DNA from: Acidimicrobiia bacterium
Lineage (GTDB): Bacteria; Actinomycetota; Acidimicrobiia; Acidimicrobiales; Aldehydirespiratoraceae
Length of the DNA: 64,000 bases
NCBI GenBank assembly: GCA_024421085.1
Contig: JAHQYN010000005.1
Location: 2,368 to 66,367 of the forward strand
Direction of reading: 5' to 3'
A model generated the notes under the pieces. It was not told the DNA's origin. It did no database searches and saw only the letters and a program-made list of their open reading frames with translations. Numbering within the stretch: the first letter of the stretch is position 1; the number at the start of each line of letters is the position of its first letter. This document shows, piece by piece, positions 48,667-57,103 of this stretch. A program made the position numbers and the translations under genes.

Positions 48667-49184
48667 ACCGTCAGCGGGCAGCCGTTTCAGGAACTTCAGC
48701 GCCGAGGCTGCGAGCCGCGCGGCCAACCTCACCCCACCATCAGCGAACTCTTCGGGTTTCAGGAACTTCAGCACCGAGGCTGCGAGCCGCGCGGGGCACG
48801 GTGCTGCTGATGTTTCCCGCAGCGCTGATGGTCATGGTGATCCTCGGCGCCATCGTGGTCGATGTCGGCTACACCACGATCCGCGGGCGTGAACTGCGGG
48901 CGGTCGCGGCGTCCGCGGCCAACGACTCGTTGGCCGCGCTCGACATCGTGGAGTTGCGAACCACGGGACGAAAAGTGATCGACGAAGCCGCGGCGCGCCG
49001 GACCGTCGCCGAGGCGATAGCCGCCGGGCCGCTCCCCGACGCCCGGATCGTCGCCGTCGTCATCGATCGCTTCGAGATCGCCGTGACTCTCGCGCTCGAC
49101 CTCGAACTGGTGATGGCGCCGGCGCTGGGGGACCTCAGGCAGGTGACGCTGGTGCGGACCGAACGCGCAGCAGTCGTCACCTAG
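48660..49184 (+). CDS. TadG-like pilus protein
   Basis: RGTVLLMFPAALMVMVILGAIVVD...AASAAND; in-frame duplication in the leader. Confidence 0.72.
   Translation: MLNRQRAAVSGTSAPRLRAARPTSPHHQRTLRVSGTSAPRLRAARGTVLLMFPAALMVMVILGAIVVDVGYTTIRGRELRAVAASAANDSLAALDIVELRTTGRKVIDEAAARRTVAEAIAAGPLPDARIVAVVIDRFEIAVTLALDLELVMAPALGDLRQVTLVRTERAAVVT
48684..48794 (+). repeat. 39-bp direct repeat (72-bp period) in the TadG-like leader
   Basis: GTTTCAGGAACTTCAGC(G/A)CCGAGGCTGCGAGCCGCGCGG at 48684 and 48756. Confidence 0.9.
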
Positions 49185-49254
49185 CGGCAGGCCGACTCAC
49201 GGAACGCGGCAAAAACCCTGGATGCGCCGGGGATTTGCCGTCTTCGCTCATGTT

Positions 49255-49316
49255 CGCTCCGCTCGACACCCGCTCTTGTCCGCTCCGCTCGACACCCGCT
49301 CTTGTCCGCTCCGCTC
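49255..49316. repeat. 26-bp tandem repeat in a convergent intergenic region
   Basis: CGCTCCGCTCGACACCCGCTCTTGTC about 2.4 copies. Confidence 0.85.
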
Positions 49317-49407
49317 ACGGGCCGCGAAGCCGCTCACGGGCCGCTCAGGCCGCGGCCTCGTTCAGGCCCGGCCGTGTGCTGGATCAATTCGCTCGGCCTC
49401 TGGGAGA

Positions 49408-50355
49408 TCAGAAATAGATCGTGCGCTTGGCTCTCTCGACCACCTCGTCGAGGTCGTCGGTCCAGGCGCCGAGCGACAGGTACTTCCAACCGCCGTCGGC
49501 TGCGACCGTCACGATCGTGGCGCGGTCGGTCCTCTCGGCGACGCGGACCGCTCCCGCCATCGACGCCCCGGTGGAGATGCCGCAGAAGATTCCCAGATCG
49601 GCCAGGCGACGGGTCCACTCAAGGGACTCGCGGGGACGCACGATGCGCTTGCCGTCGAGCAGGTCGACGCCGCCCCATCGTTCGAACACGGGGGGAATAT
49701 AGCCATCGTCGAGGTTGCGGAGCCCTTCGACGAGCTCGCCGACGGGCGGCTCGACAGCCAACACCTCTATATCGGGATTCTGCTCCTTGAGGAAGCGGCC
49801 GACCCCCATCAGCGTTCCGCTGGTCCCGAGCCCTGAGACGAAGTGCGTCACCTCGGGAACCTCGGCCCAGATCTCAGGGCCGGTCGACTCGTAGTGGGCG
49901 CGGGGATTGGCCTCGTTCTCGTACTGGTACAAGAAGACCCAGTCGGGGTTCTGCTGCGCCAGCCCCTGGGCACGGAGCACCGCTCCGTTGGAGCCCTCGG
50001 CGCCCGGAGAGTCGATGATCTCCGCACCGAAGAGCTCGAGCATCTGCCTGCGTTCAACCGAGGTGTTACCCGGCAGAACTATCTTCACCCGGTAGCCGCG
50101 GGTACGGGCAATCATCGCTAGGGCGATCCCGGTGTTGCCCGAGGAGGGTTCGAGAATGGTCGCCCCGGCGCTGAGCGTGCCGTCGGCCTCCGCAGAGAGC
50201 ACCATCGACCGGGCGACCCGGTCCTTCACCGAGCCGCCCGGGTTCTGGCCTTCGAGCTTCAGCAGGATCCTCGCCTCGGAGTTGGGGCTCAGCGCGCTGA
50301 CGTCGACGATCGGCGTGTTGCCGATCATGTCGATCACCGATCCGAAGACGGTCAC
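49408..50355 (-). CDS. cysM: PLP-dependent cysteine synthase, CysM-like
   Basis: KLEGQNPGGSVKDR, EPSSGNTG, GLGTSGT, DGGWKYLS. Confidence 0.9.
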   Translation of the reverse strand: MTVFGSVIDMIGNTPIVDVSALSPNSEARILLKLEGQNPGGSVKDRVARSMVLSAEADGTLSAGATILEPSSGNTGIALAMIARTRGYRVKIVLPGNTSVERRQMLELFGAEIIDSPGAEGSNGAVLRAQGLAQQNPDWVFLYQYENEANPRAHYESTGPEIWAEVPEVTHFVSGLGTSGTLMGVGRFLKEQNPDIEVLAVEPPVGELVEGLRNLDDGYIPPVFERWGGVDLLDGKRIVRPRESLEWTRRLADLGIFCGISTGASMAGAVRVAERTDRATIVTVAADGGWKYLSLGAWTDDLDEVVERAKRTIYF

Positions 50356-50480
50356 GCGTCCGCTCCGCTGGTCAGCACCGTCACCGATCCGAAGACGGTC
50401 ACGCGTCCGCTCCGCTGGTCAGCACCGTCACCGATCCGAAGACGGTCACGCGTCCGCTCCGCTGGTCAGCACCGTCACCG
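50334..50480. repeat. 47-bp x 3 perfect tandem repeat of the mec-cysM junction
   Basis: TCACCGATCCGAAGACGGTCACGCGTCCGCTCCGCTGGTCAGCACCG at 50334, 50381 and 50428, plus terminal TCACCG. Confidence 0.97.
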
Positions 50481-50877
50481 GTTCCTCGGTGATCTCCTCA
50501 GCGGCGATCCTGTAGCAGCGCAACGACGGATCGGGATGCTTGAGCGAGACGATGATGAACCGCCACACACCGAAGGGATCGAACCGGGCAGCGTCGGCCA
50601 CATCAGTCGGCGACGGGTAGTTGGTCGTGTGGGTATGGGAGTGCATAACCCCGATCACCGCCAGCCCGTCGTCGTCCGCGGCATGCTCGACTCTCAGGAT
50701 CTCAGCGCCGTCGAGCTCGTAGACCCGGCTCGAGCGGGCGGTGTTGGTCATCGGGAAGAACCGATCAACACGGTCACCCCCGTAGCGGCCAGCGAACAGC
50801 CCGCAGGCCTCGTCGGGCAGCCCCGCGATCGCATGGCCGAGCATCCGGGAGTGAACCGACGCGGGAATCTCCAGCAC
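50446..50877 (-). CDS. mec: JAB/Mov34 (M67) metallopeptidase, Mec-like
   Basis: PDEACGL, HSHT...YPSPTD JAMM motif; upstream of cysM. Confidence 0.88.
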   Translation of the reverse strand: MLEIPASVHSRMLGHAIAGLPDEACGLFAGRYGGDRVDRFFPMTNTARSSRVYELDGAEILRVEHAADDDGLAVIGVMHSHTHTTNYPSPTDVADAARFDPFGVWRFIIVSLKHPDPSLRCYRIAAEEITEEPVTVLTSGADA

Positions 50878-50927
50878 GCGCGCCAAGGGTACCGCGACCC
50901 GCGCTCGGCAGCATTAGCGTTGCGCCA

Positions 50928-51434
50928 ATGGCGAAGTCGAACAAACCAGGCGACCTCCCCGCCGGGGCCGCGGCGGTGGCCACCAACCGCGTGGCGCGCC
51001 GCGACTACACGATCTTGGACTCCCTGGAGGTCGGAATCCAACTGCACGGCAGCGAGGTCAAGTCGCTTCGTGAGAGCAGGGTGCAGTTGGCCGAGAGCTA
51101 CGCCATCATCTACCGCCGCGAGCTCTGGCTCGTCGGGCTGCACATCTCGGCCTACTCCCATTCCGCGGCCGCCTACGCCCATGAACCCGACCGGCGACGC
51201 AAGCTGCTCGCCCATCGCCGCGAGATCGACCGCTGGGCCTCACGGCTCGAGCGCGAGAAGCTCGCGCTGGTGCCCCTGGCACTCTATTTCGTCGGCGGAC
51301 GGGCGAAGCTCAAACTGGCGCTGGCCCGAGGCCGAACACAGGCCGACCGGCGCCAAGACATCGCCCGCCGCGACGCCGACCGTGAAGCGCAACGAGAGAT
51401 GACCCGCTCCCACCGCCGCCGGTCAGCCACCTGA
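50928..51434 (+). CDS. smpB: SsrA-binding protein
   Basis: ATNRVARRDY, GSEVKSLR, RRRKLLAHRREI, LVPLALYF. Confidence 0.96.
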   Translation: MAKSNKPGDLPAGAAAVATNRVARRDYTILDSLEVGIQLHGSEVKSLRESRVQLAESYAIIYRRELWLVGLHISAYSHSAAAYAHEPDRRRKLLAHRREIDRWASRLEREKLALVPLALYFVGGRAKLKLALARGRTQADRRQDIARRDADREAQREMTRSHRRRSAT

Positions 51435-51513
51435 CGGGCAGCGCTCGCGAGCACGCTGACGAACAAGCGCCGAGGACCCGACAGTGACTGCCGACGAGTC
51501 GGATGAGGCACGC

Positions 51514-54500
51514 TCACGCGTCCGGTCGGGTCCGCTTTCCCCCATGAACCGTGGGCTCACGACACCATTGCTCCCTCAACGTGTCCAACGGGTCGAGGAT
51601 CGACTCGGGAAGTCCAAGCAGATCGCAAAGAACAGCCTGATCGAGTTGTTGGCGCACCTCGTCGCGATGCGCCTCGTTCGCGGGGAGGAATTCACGCAAC
51701 CGAAACCGCGCGAAGACCTCTGAGGCATCGGTGAGTTGCTCCCCTGATAGCGCACGGCAGTCGAGCACCGGTATCTCAGCGATACGACCGACCGAGAGGA
51801 GCGACCGACCCTGCTGCTGACGCGACCCGACCCACCAGCGACCCAGCAGTCCAACAGTAGTGTTCAACCACAGCACAATCGGCAGTTCGTGTACCGGTGC
51901 GTCCACAAGATAGCTCGGCCAAGCCCTTCCGCCGATGCACGCCCGTGGCGTCAAGCAGGCGCCAAGACGCTGGCTGTTGAGTCGGAAATCCAGGTTGATA
52001 TGGACTCGCGACGCGGCACGCGACCAGACCTCCCTTCCTTGGTCGGCGGTGCAGCCCGGGCGCACCTCTCCGTAAGCGTCGGGAAGGACTTCCAGCCTGT
52101 TCTCCCGGCCCGAGCGGGAACTGTGTGCCCAAAGTGCCGGGTAGGAAGCGGCTTTCCACCGCTCTGTGCCCGATTGCAAGTCGTATATCCAAAACGGTGC
52201 CGCATAAGCACCCGTGCCCCTCTCGACAGCATCTGCGGATGTCGGTTTGACACCGATTCCGGCGTTGCCCGGACCACTGCGGCCAAGGTCTCCCAACCTG
52301 GCGACCCGCAGCGGAAGCGGCTCGTGCCTTGGCAGTCTGAGCCTGCTGTCGAGCAACCCGAGACAGGTGTCGGCCAACTCAAGTTCGGAAAGTTGACCAT
52401 ATCCTCCATCCTCCAGCCGACCCGTTCCAACTATCCCGAGGCGCTGATCGCCGATCCTGAGCACTCCCGGCAATTCCGCGCTTCTGTGGCTGCCAACCCT
52501 GCGGGCCAGGATCGCGGACGCCGCTGCAAGCGACTGAGCGACGGTCTCGGGACGGTCGGCGAGCCCCACCCAGAGGACCTTGTCTGCCTCATCAGCGTTC
52601 TGGCCGCCTGCCGCGCCGTCGGAACCTTGCCGCCTCACCGCGACGACAAGCACTTCGGCCATCGCCGTGTCGTCCGAAAATGCTCTGTCGGTAGAACCGT
52701 GCGCCGCGATCGACACGACAATGATCTTGTTGTAGTGCGTCGAGAGCAGTTCCCGAGCTTTGGACCAAGCGCTCGATACCGTGAAAGTAGCGGGCAGGAC
52801 GAACGCCACGACACCTCCGGGTTTTACCTTGGCGTGCGCGAGATCGAGAAAATTCGAGGCCAGACCAGCGTGCCCGTGCCCAGCAGTGGGATGTCTCCCC
52901 TGGTACTTCTCGGCAGGTTGTTTGCGCTTCGCCCGGTATATCTCGGCGAGCCGCTTACTCATCTGCTTCTGTTCCACCTCTGAGGTCCCGAAGCCGGCGA
53001 AGGCGGGGCGCGGAATGCCGACGCGATCGCCCTCCTGCCCGACAGTGCGCGCGAAAGGAGGGTTCATGATGACAAGGTCAGACGATCCATGGTCGAGAAC
53101 CAGAGCATCCTTCGAATTCACAGAATGGACCGATCGACCCGATGCTGCTGTTCTGCCTGTGCCGAACAGTGATGCCGCCTCCTTGTCGTCGATCAATTCG
53201 AGTGATCCGATTGCCGTTGCCGCGACAGAATGGCCCGCACCGGCGACTTGGCCGTAGGGCATCAGGTGGACATTGGTGTCGCCGAAGGGAACCGACGGAT
53301 GCACAGCTGACAGCAGCGAAGCGGTGACATGCACGGCCGCAGGCATGATGTCTGCTCCGACGAGAACCTGCTCCATGAAAGTCGGGTGCAGTTCCTCATC
53401 GTCGAGACCCCCTCGGCGCGCTCTGGCGGACAAGCGTCCGTATACCGCGGAGAGCAGGGCGCCCGTGCCGCAGGCAAGGTCGGCGACCTTCAGCTTCTTG
53501 ACTGCGTCGTCGTCGGCGAAGTCCGCTCCGAGAAGCGCCACGGCCAACTCAGCCAGCAAGACTGCCGACGGCGGCCGCGTGTAGAATGTGGCCAGGAACT
53601 TGCGGTCGGCGATCAACCGCCCGAAGAGTTGGCCGGTCATTTCTTGGGTCGTTGTGACGCCAATACCGACGAGTCGTTCCGCTACCAGAGCCAGTTGGCC
53701 GACTACATCGCGAAACACATCTGCAGGAAGCGGCGCCAGCACGCGCCGAGCGATCTCAAATATGGGCCAATAGTTGATTTCAAGGATGGCATCCCACTCG
53801 CCCAACAATGCGCTCGGAGTCAACTCGCCTGCCGACCTGAGGTCTGCAAACGGGGCGATCCCCGGGTGTGTCGAAGCGACGGCGCAATGGAACGTGAGCG
53901 CATTGGCCACGATTGTCATCGCCATGCGCGAGGTCTGCTCGCCGTCTGCCTGGTGAAGCGCCAAAGAGATGGCATCGAGCACCGACATCCGGTTTTCCGA
54001 CAGGAGTTCGCGCAGAGTCCCTGCCGCCTGGGAGACACCGCCTTCGAGTACGCCGGCTGCCTGCGACAACTGGCGTTCTGAGACGGCAATCGCCTCAACC
54101 AGGTTCGCCAGCGCATCGATGTCACCGTTGATCCAACCGGCCGACGGGAACCTGTCGGGCGATTCGGGGCGGGTCCCGATGAGCAGGCAGTAGTCGAAGT
54201 CCTCTTGAGCGATCGCCGCGGCCAGTTCAGCCTGCGGCGCCCGGCTCAGGGATTCAGGAAGTCGCACGGCTACGACTTGCTCGACGGTTTCGCCCGTCTC
54301 AAGAAGGTTCTTGCCGAGACGACCGGAAGCATCTGATTCCACCGTGGCGGCAGGGAGATACTCGGTCTCGAGGATCACCGACATTCCCCCGGGCATCCGG
54401 ACGACTATGTCCGGTGCCTTGGAGGGGTGGTCGGCGAGCACCCTCGTCGACTCGGCCTCCACCGACCAACGCGGATGTTTGGAATTGAGCGCGGCGGCCA

Positions 54501-54546
54501 AGTAGTCGTTGACTGTGGTCTCACGGGTCCGTGCTTTGCGATCCAT
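51514..54546 (-). CDS. Fused nuclease/N6-adenine methyltransferase (type IIG/IIC-like R-M enzyme)
   Basis: PDIVV...ILETE nuclease-like N-terminus, FYTRP, motif I DLACGTG, motif IV NPPF, long C-terminal TRD-like region. Confidence 0.8.
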   Translation of the reverse strand: MDRKARTRETTVNDYLAAALNSKHPRWSVEAESTRVLADHPSKAPDIVVRMPGGMSVILETEYLPAATVESDASGRLGKNLLETGETVEQVVAVRLPESLSRAPQAELAAAIAQEDFDYCLLIGTRPESPDRFPSAGWINGDIDALANLVEAIAVSERQLSQAAGVLEGGVSQAAGTLRELLSENRMSVLDAISLALHQADGEQTSRMAMTIVANALTFHCAVASTHPGIAPFADLRSAGELTPSALLGEWDAILEINYWPIFEIARRVLAPLPADVFRDVVGQLALVAERLVGIGVTTTQEMTGQLFGRLIADRKFLATFYTRPPSAVLLAELAVALLGADFADDDAVKKLKVADLACGTGALLSAVYGRLSARARRGGLDDEELHPTFMEQVLVGADIMPAAVHVTASLLSAVHPSVPFGDTNVHLMPYGQVAGAGHSVAATAIGSLELIDDKEAASLFGTGRTAASGRSVHSVNSKDALVLDHGSSDLVIMNPPFARTVGQEGDRVGIPRPAFAGFGTSEVEQKQMSKRLAEIYRAKRKQPAEKYQGRHPTAGHGHAGLASNFLDLAHAKVKPGGVVAFVLPATFTVSSAWSKARELLSTHYNKIIVVSIAAHGSTDRAFSDDTAMAEVLVVAVRRQGSDGAAGGQNADEADKVLWVGLADRPETVAQSLAAASAILARRVGSHRSAELPGVLRIGDQRLGIVGTGRLEDGGYGQLSELELADTCLGLLDSRLRLPRHEPLPLRVARLGDLGRSGPGNAGIGVKPTSADAVERGTGAYAAPFWIYDLQSGTERWKAASYPALWAHSSRSGRENRLEVLPDAYGEVRPGCTADQGREVWSRAASRVHINLDFRLNSQRLGACLTPRACIGGRAWPSYLVDAPVHELPIVLWLNTTVGLLGRWWVGSRQQQGRSLLSVGRIAEIPVLDCRALSGEQLTDASEVFARFRLREFLPANEAHRDEVRQQLDQAVLCDLLGLPESILDPLDTLREQWCREPTVHGGKRTRPDA

Positions 54547-54694
54547 CCGAGCGTCCTTTTGACCGGTGCGCCTCTCGCTCCGGCTGCCAACGAAACGTAG
54601 CGACGATGTGTGACAATCCGGTGGATCCCGCCGGTGCAGGGAACGTTGCGCGGCCACTGCGGCGTTTCGACGCTGCGATTCGCAGTGCTGACGT

Positions 54695-54824
54695 CTCGTT
54701 CCGCGGGCTTTGAAACGCCGCTCGACCGACCTCGAACCGAGCGAGGTGATCGCCAGAGAACTTCTCGACATCGCCACTATCCGGGCGGTTCAGTCAGGAA
54801 TCTGGCCGCGGGCGCTGATTCGCA
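54695..54824 (+). pseudogene. Diverged 130-bp fragment of the antiporter-USP gene (inverted relative to 5394-5523)
   Basis: LVPRALKRRSTDLEPSEVIARELLDIATIRAVQSGIWPRALIR vs LVPRVLKRRSTELDPSEVVARELLDIATIRAVQAGIWPRALIR; 14 mismatches in 130 nt by hand count. Confidence 0.9.
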
Positions 54825-55353
54825 CGTGCAGTGCCGACGTCTCGACGTGCGGTTGTGGCGTCAGCAGGTGAATCCGGTGCTGGCGGGGGAAGGGGGGCAT
54901 CCCCCCGCGGGCGCGCCCCCCGCTTGGGGCGTCAGCAGGTGAATCCGGTGCTGGCGGGGGAAGGCGGACCTGCCCGGCGGCGACCTCCACCGGATGGGTG
55001 CGCAGGGGCTCACGGGCGGGACGGCGGGTGGCCTCTCCGCTGGTGACGTCGAAACGTCCCTGATGCATCGGGCACTCGATCTCACAGCCGACGAGAACGC
55101 CCTCAGAGAGGCGCGCCGAGTGGTGGGTGCAGGTGTCGTCGACTGCATAGACCGCACCGTCGTCAGTCCGGCAGACCGCATAGCGCACTCCCCCGCGTTC
55201 CACGCCCAACACGTCGCCCAAGGGAACATCGTCCACGTCGCACAACACGACACCGGTCGGATCAACGTCGACCGGACCAGCCGCCCGGTCCACCGCTGCC
55301 GGGGCCATCACAGCCGGATCAACGTCGACCGGACCAGCCGCGGGCGGGGGCAT
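54790..55353 (-). CDS. Rieske-type [2Fe-2S] ferredoxin (MocE-like); both ends uncertain
   Basis: CTH...LSEG..IECPMHQGRFD; flanked by duplicated, garbled sequence. Confidence 0.85.
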   Translation of the reverse strand: MPPPAAGPVDVDPAVMAPAAVDRAAGPVDVDPTGVVLCDVDDVPLGDVLGVERGGVRYAVCRTDDGAVYAVDDTCTHHSARLSEGVLVGCEIECPMHQGRFDVTSGEATRRPAREPLRTHPVEVAAGQVRLPPPAPDSPADAPSGGRARGGMPPFPRQHRIHLLTPQPHVETSALHVRISARGQIPD

Positions 55354-56524
55354 CGCGGCCGGGGGCGGCGGCGGGGGGGGCGCGGGGTGCTGGTCGGGGC
55401 CGGCGGGGGGGGGGGGCGGGGGCCGGCGGGGCGGGACGGGGGCGGGGCTGGGTCGGCGGAGCGGTGCCGGCGGGGACGCGGTTCGGCAGCCGATAGTCGG
55501 GGTCGGTGCGCTGGCGGCGCATCGTCGTCACGATCTCCACCATCCCGGCCCGCACTCCAGGGGTCGGCTCCGGGAGCTGATCCTTGATCTCGGTGTGCAA
55601 CTCCGGGAGCGCGTGGAACGGCACCATCGGGTACATGTGATGCTCGATGTGGAAGTTCATGTTGCAGTAGAGCCACTGCAGCGGCCTGCTCACACACATG
55701 CTGCGGGTGGTGCGGCGATGGTCTGCTGCCTCGGTCTCGAGTCCCCCGTGCTGCAGGGCCCGCAGGACTCCATGCATCGGCTCGCCCACCACCCGGGGAA
55801 GCATCAGCATCACCGCCGGCAGCGGGGTCCACAGCACGAGGCAGGACCCGATCACGGTCGCGTACAACACCAGGAACACCCTGGCATTGCGGGCCGTGAG
55901 CGGCAGGTCGTCTTCCGGCACTGCCTCGCGGATCGAGTCGTTCGGACGCTTGAATGCGAGCTGCGCAAGCTCCTTGTTGTAGTTCCAGAAATGGTTGGTG
56001 CCCAGCACCAGGTTGGCCAGGTCGCGTCGCTTGATGGGGTTGGGCAGCAGGTACTCGGCATCATCGCCGACCATCGAGGTGTAGGTGTGGTGCCGGGCAT
56101 GGACCCAGCGCACCGTGACCGGCTCCCAGTTCTGCATCCAGGAGTTCGTGTACAGCAGGGCGTTGTTCAACCAGAGCTGGCGGAACGGCGTGTAGTGGCA
56201 GGCCTCGTGGCCGGTCGCGTTGGAGAACGACCACACGAAGCAGTAGGCCCCGTAGATCGCCAGGAACCACCACGACCCCCTGACCCACAGCAGCACCGAG
56301 AGCGCACCGAGTCCGCCCAGGAGCGCGAAGTAGGCAGCGATGCGGCGCAACGCCTCGCCGTCGGTCCGGCGGCTGAGTCGGGTGAGGGTCTCTCTGGGGA
56401 GCGTCGCCTTGAACCACCGGTCCGACTCGGGAGGGCCCGGCGCGGCTGGTCTCAGACTGGTCGGGTCGGCAGGCGACTGCTCCGGGTACGAGACGGTCGA
56501 GTCCATCACAGCGGGCCGTTTCAA
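55319..56524 (-). CDS. Membrane di-iron desaturase/hydroxylase (MocD-like)
   Basis: His boxes HEACH, HARHH, QH, NMNFHIEHH..P.VPFHALP. Confidence 0.85.
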   Translation of the reverse strand: MKRPAVMDSTVSYPEQSPADPTSLRPAAPGPPESDRWFKATLPRETLTRLSRRTDGEALRRIAAYFALLGGLGALSVLLWVRGSWWFLAIYGAYCFVWSFSNATGHEACHYTPFRQLWLNNALLYTNSWMQNWEPVTVRWVHARHHTYTSMVGDDAEYLLPNPIKRRDLANLVLGTNHFWNYNKELAQLAFKRPNDSIREAVPEDDLPLTARNARVFLVLYATVIGSCLVLWTPLPAVMLMLPRVVGEPMHGVLRALQHGGLETEAADHRRTTRSMCVSRPLQWLYCNMNFHIEHHMYPMVPFHALPELHTEIKDQLPEPTPGVRAGMVEIVTTMRRQRTDPDYRLPNRVPAGTAPPTQPRPRPAPPAPAPPPRRPRPAPRAPPAAAPGRDAPARGWSGRR

Positions 56525-57090
56525 TCCCAGGACCGAGGGGTTCGGGAGAAGACCTCGTTGAGCAGTGGGACGAAGTCTTCGACCTGGAGATCGTCGTAGT
56601 GGGGGTCGAAGCAGTTCTGGTCGTAGGACGCGCAGAAGTCGACACAGCGGTCGAAGTGCGGCGACTCGCAGTAACGGTCGCGCTCATCGCGGTCACCGCC
56701 GAGGTGGTGAAAGTAGTAGTAGCCTTGGAACAGCCCGTGGTGGCGGACCACCCAGGTGGTCTCTTCGCTCACGTAGGGGGTGAGGATCGCCGCTGCCACG
56801 TCGCTGTGGTTCGCCGGGGCGAGCACGTCGCCGATGTCGTGGAGCAGTGCCGCGGCCACGAACTCGTCGGGTTCTCCGTTGCGCAGCGCCCGGGTGGCGG
56901 ACTGGCGGCTGTGGCGCTCCCGGTCGATCTGATACCCGAGCGTGGGACCCTCGAGCAGACGGAGTGTGGTCAACAGATGCTCAACGAGCGTCTGTGCAGC
57001 GTGCTCCCTGTACCGTCTGTCGAGACGGCGGTAGTCCTCGGCGGTTCCGTCAGCCATCTCCGTCCAGTCAACGGTGAATGCCTCGGCCAT
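56521..57090 (-). CDS. HD-domain metalloprotein (PhnZ/TmpB-like, COG4341-type)
   Basis: HSRQSATRA, ALLHDIGD, NHSDV, RHHGLFQ, YDQ; GGAGGA RBS. Confidence 0.8.
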   Translation of the reverse strand: MAEAFTVDWTEMADGTAEDYRRLDRRYREHAAQTLVEHLLTTLRLLEGPTLGYQIDRERHSRQSATRALRNGEPDEFVAAALLHDIGDVLAPANHSDVAAAILTPYVSEETTWVVRHHGLFQGYYYFHHLGGDRDERDRYCESPHFDRCVDFCASYDQNCFDPHYDDLQVEDFVPLLNEVFSRTPRSWD

Positions 57091-57103
57091 TGATCCTCCT
57101 CGT

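Noticed and set aside
41118..49184. Prophage/ICE at tRNA-Gly suggested by the excisionase-like gene
   Set aside because: No integrase, no duplicated tRNA 3' end, and composition similar to the core genes.
54547..54777. 77-aa N-terminal extension of the R-M ORF (MAMSRSSLA...)
   Set aside because: It begins in the antisense reading of the antiporter fragment; the likely start is ATG 54546.
40913..54964. Several repeat-spacer-repeat units of CRISPR-like size (29+33, 37+36, 39+33, 37+34 bp)
   Set aside because: Each has only two copies, the repeats are unrelated, they coincide with promoter, RBS or coding sequence, and no cas genes are present.
54857..54964. 37-bp repeat with 34-bp spacer at the ferredoxin 3' end
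   Set aside because: The spacer looks like a corrupted version of the sequence following the second copy, as expected from a low-quality read tail.
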